NCBI GenBank assembly: GCA_030390025.1
Contig: JASTWF010000048.1
Location: 744,001 to 808,000 of the forward strand
Source of the DNA: Squalus acanthias
Lineage: Eukaryota
Reading direction: 5' to 3'
DNA: 64,000 bases
In this document: in pieces, positions 63,714 through 64,000 of the stretch
How the letters are laid out: the number at the start of each line of letters is the position of its first letter
Numbering within the stretch: the stretch's first letter is position 1
Translations under genes and position numbers: made by a program
The notes under the pieces: model-generated
What the model was told of the DNA's origin: nothing
Seen by the model: only the letters and a program-made list of their open reading frames with translations
The model's database searches: none

Positions 63714-64000
63714 CACTGCAACAGCGAACAGGAAGATGCCGGGACTCCCAGACCTACCGTCGCACGCTTAACGCGCATGACATTGCTCTGTCCGCTATAA
63801 TAACGCTGATTTGTGCGAAACCAGTTAACTTCTTCGCGAAAACAGACGATAGGATATCATTATACTTAAGGGATACGATTCTGCCTTTAACAATGCGACT
63901 GTCATTTCAGCACAATCATCTTCTTTCACGGACCGCTAGGGGGAGCTCTGGTATAACAAGAGGAAGCGTACATTGAAACTTGCAGACTCATCGGAGCATA

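Larger units (their letters stand above)
40959..63990 (+). repeat. Segmental duplication, copy B of positions 1-25230
   Basis: Position 1 aligns to 40959; collinear V1/V12, V2/V13, V3/V14, V4/V15, V6/V16, V7/V18 and shared TE insertions. Confidence 0.92.

Overview
Vertebrate immune-locus DNA, most likely from a cartilaginous fish (inferred from SacSINE1/DeuSINE-type SINEs, abundant CR1/L2 3' ends and Penelope elements). The window is part of a translocon-type array of rearranging V gene segments, all on the + strand, best interpreted as the V region of the T-cell receptor beta (TRB) locus. I found 18 V segments in about 11 sequence groups. Twelve look intact (ATG leader exon, phase-1 GT-AG intron, V exon with C...WYRQ...Y[YF]C, and a 23-bp-spacer RSS) and six are pseudogenes. 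No D, J or C segments were seen. Positions 1-25.2 kb recur at 41.0-64 kb as a segmental duplication with copy-specific V gains and losses. Intergenic DNA is mostly retroelement fragments and mini/microsatellites, with five N gaps. Main observations: CTCF-like motifs just 3' of several RSSs; a TGATGTCA+ETS promoter module matching the mammalian Vbeta decamer; an RSS split in two by a LINE insertion; a leader-swapped V pseudogene; CDR-focused divergence between duplicated V genes; and a V with a germline Cys pair in CDR2. I see no evidence for a wholly new gene system. All alignments were done by eye and repeat boundaries are approximate.
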